The notes below the pieces were generated by a model that saw nothing but the letters and a program-made list of their open reading frames with translations, was not told the origin of the DNA and searched no databases. Made by a program: the position numbers and the translations under genes. Shown one piece after another: positions 30,334-32,000 of a DNA stretch of 32,000 bases. The stretch's first letter is position 1, and each line of letters begins with the position of its first letter. The DNA comes from Geotalea uraniireducens Rf4 (lineage in GTDB: Bacteria > Desulfobacterota > Desulfuromonadia > Geobacterales > Geobacteraceae), in contig NC_009483.1 of assembly GCF_000016745.1 (NCBI RefSeq), forward strand, positions 1-32,000, read 5' to 3'.

Positions 30334-31210
30334 TTACGGCAACTCCTTCATCAGCTGCTCCAGATCCTGCCGCTCAAAGTGGTACGCCTCGCGGCAGAAT
30401 TCGCAGGTCACGTCTGCTTTGCCTTCTTTTTCCAGCATGTCTGCCAGTTCTTCCCTGCCGAGCGAGATGAGGACCCGTTCGATCTTTTCCCGGTTGCAGG
30501 AGCAGCTGAAGGCCAACGCGCGCTTTTCCAGGGTGTCATAGGGGATGTCGGCAAAGAGGAGCGCCAGGAGCTCTTCCGGCGTCGTTCCCTTGCGCAGCAG
30601 TTCGCTGAGCTGCGGGAGTTCTTCGATCCGCGCCATCAGGGCGTCGACTGCTGCCTCATCCACCGGCGGCAAAGCCTGGATGAGAAAGCCGCCGGCGGCG
30701 GCAACGCTGTTGTCCGTCTCAACGAACACCCCTAGACCCACGGCGGAGGGGATCTGCTCGGACTCGGTGAGATAGAGGGCCAGGTCTTCGGCGATTTCAC
30801 TGGAGTAGAGCTGGACTACCCCCTTGTACGGCTCCTTCATCCCCAGGTCCTTGGTCACGGTGAGGAATCCCGCCCGGCCGAGGGCTCCGGCCACATCCAG
30901 CTTGCCGTTCCTTTCCGGCAGATGCACTTCAGGCACCCCCACGCAGCCGCGCACTGCCCCGTTGCTGTCCGCCTCTACCATGATCTTCTGCAGGGGGCCG
31001 TTCCCTTCGAACTTGAACCCCACCCGCTGGCCGGTCTTGAGCAGGGCGCCGAACAAGGCACCCCCGGTCAGGCGCGCGGCCCAGGGCGGCTGAGGCCGTG
31101 GGCAATGTTGCGTGGCGGTGGTGGGCCTCGTCGACCAGCTCCGTGGTTACGCAGGCCAGGGCTCGAACAGTGCCGGATTTAGTTATGATGCGCACAAGAT
31201 AATCTGTCAC
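30334..31210 (-). pseudogene. hslO: Redox-regulated chaperone Hsp33 (hslO) interrupted by a single-base frameshift
   Basis: The N-terminal 46 codons (GTG 31210; [46 protein letters not shown]) are in one frame. The rest ([17 protein letters not shown]...) is in another frame, down to the C-terminal Zn-Cys motifs CSCNREK and [10 protein letters not shown]. Removing one G of the GG at 31071-31072 (coding strand GCG-C-CTG) restores a 292-aa Hsp33. As given, frame 1 stops at 30929. Confidence 0.85.
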
Positions 31211-31740
31211 AGGCAGATCCCGAGACGGCCGACCAGCTCACCTTCCTTGAAGAGCAGCTCCTTGATGGTGAGAAAGTCGCAGACCTTTATCCCCTTGACG
31301 TGGTAGCCGAAGAAGTCGGCGAGTTTAGGCACCTGGGTCAGGTCGCAGGCGATAACACCGTCGCCATAGGCGAGAAACGGGATCTTTTCCACGATCTTGC
31401 GGGTGACCCATTCCACGTCGAGCGGTTTCACCTCGTCCATTTTCAGGTAGATCCTCTTCTCCTTCGGCGTGAAATCAATCCGCTGTACTTCGAAACGGGC
31501 GGAAAAGGGGACGCTGAACGGGAGCAGCTTTTTTTTCACCTTGCCGCTTATCTCACCGTAACCGTCGAGGAATCGCATGGAGAGCTCCTGGATTTCCTCG
31601 TCCAGTGCCCGGCTTACGAACTCCCGGTGGAAATAATCTTCGCTGACCCGCACCTCCCGGCGGGTGACGATCTCCTTCAGCCGCTGGTCCTTGATCAACT
31701 CCAGCAACGCCGGATTTTTCAACAGATCGAAAATGCTCAT
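31207..31740 (-). CDS. Hypothetical protein (177 aa), translationally coupled to hslO
   Basis: ATG 31740 has AAGGAGA upstream. G/C-ending codon bias. Its TGA stop overlaps the hslO GTG start (GTGA at 31207-31210). I recognise no motif. Confidence 0.72.
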   Translation of the reverse strand: MSIFDLLKNPALLELIKDQRLKEIVTRREVRVSEDYFHREFVSRALDEEIQELSMRFLDGYGEISGKVKKKLLPFSVPFSARFEVQRIDFTPKEKRIYLKMDEVKPLDVEWVTRKIVEKIPFLAYGDGVIACDLTQVPKLADFFGYHVKGIKVCDFLTIKELLFKEGELVGRLGICL

Positions 31741-31775
31741 TTATGTCTCCTTGCAATTTACTTTCAAACATCAAT

Positions 31776-31892
31776 CGCCGACTACCGACCGCCGACTGCC
31801 GACCGCCGACCGCCGACCGCCGACCGCCGACCGCCGACCGCCGACCGCCGACCGCCGACCGCCGACCGCCGACCGCCGACCGCCGACCGCCG
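31776..31892. repeat. Heptanucleotide tandem array (CGCCGAC)16, i.e. GTCGGCG on the minus strand
   Basis: There are 16 complete 7-nt units from 31776 to 31887, plus a partial unit CGCCG. Units 2 and 4 are variants (TACCGAC, TGCCGAC), and the last 12 units are identical. The array lies between a minus-strand stop at 31893-31895 and the start codon at 31740. Confidence 0.97.
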
Positions 31893-32000
31893 TCAAACCA
31901 ATCCCATCGTGAAATTGAACTCCGACGTTCCCGGTAATGCCGTGCCCCGGCTGAACGCGCCCAGTACCCTCCCCCACTCGTCCGGCGGTAGCTGGGAGAG
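31893..32000 (-). CDS. Possible 3' end of an upstream minus-strand gene (partial, function unknown)
   Basis: The frame from 32000 reads LSQLPPDEWGRVLGAFSRGTALPGTSEFNFTMGLV* with mostly G/C third positions, ending at TGA (31893-31895). Only 35 codons are visible and no motif is present. Confidence 0.3.
   Translation of the reverse strand, partial: LSQLPPDEWGRVLGAFSRGTALPGTSEFNFTMGLV

Noticed and set aside
31060-31080. Programmed ribosomal frameshifting as an explanation for the hslO frame break.
   Set aside because: There is no slippery heptamer, no in-frame stop or rare codon at the shift site, and no obvious downstream stimulatory structure. A one-base indel (error or mutation) is the simpler explanation.
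31776-31892. Whether the tandem array could be a CRISPR array.
   Set aside because: The units are 7 nt and directly abutting, with no spacers, and no cas genes are present. It is a microsatellite.
31771-31977. A 68-aa minus-strand ORF, and two + strand ORFs of 64-82 aa, translated through the heptamer array (AVGGRRS / PTADRRP repeats).
   Set aside because: These frames stay open only because the repeat lacks stop codons. There is no Shine-Dalgarno, third-position GC is poorer than in the competing frame that ends at 31893, and any copy-number change would shift the frame. The point is noted under the repeat finding instead.

Overview
This window looks like the origin-proximal start of a Geobacter-like (Desulfuromonadales) chromosome. 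That taxon call is an inference from gene order and remembered protein motifs, not a search.

Positions 1-24.6 kb form one co-directional (+) block:
- dnaA-dnaN-recF-gyrB-gyrA
- a HEAT-like conserved hypothetical, then gpsA
- four tandem sensor histidine kinases (two with N-terminal receivers), translationally coupled to an ABC-2 exporter
- an AhbD/NirJ-like radical SAM/SPASM enzyme and hemE
- an alpha/beta hydrolase

Positions 24.6-32 kb have mixed orientation:
- an MDR-oxidoreductase/ovoA operon
- a DUF2127 membrane protein
- a J-domain/leucine-rich-repeat fusion protein
- a small Cys-rich protein behind a near-consensus promoter
- a hypothetical gene coupled to a frameshifted hslO (Hsp33)
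- a (CGCCGAC)16 heptanucleotide array

I saw no rRNA/tRNA, CRISPR, transposase, integrase or recognisable defence genes. Most of the window is ordinary housekeeping, and I cannot point to a clearly novel multi-gene system.

The observations most worth a second look are:
1. A sharp compositional break: dnaA-dnaN-recF are about 37-45% GC, against about 55-65% for everything downstream.
2. The heptanucleotide microsatellite upstream of the hslO operon.
3. The single-base frameshift in hslO.
4. An O2-dependent ovothiol synthase (OvoA) in an anaerobe-like context.
5. The J-domain/LRR protein.
6. Paired G/C-only palindromes in intercistronic spacers.
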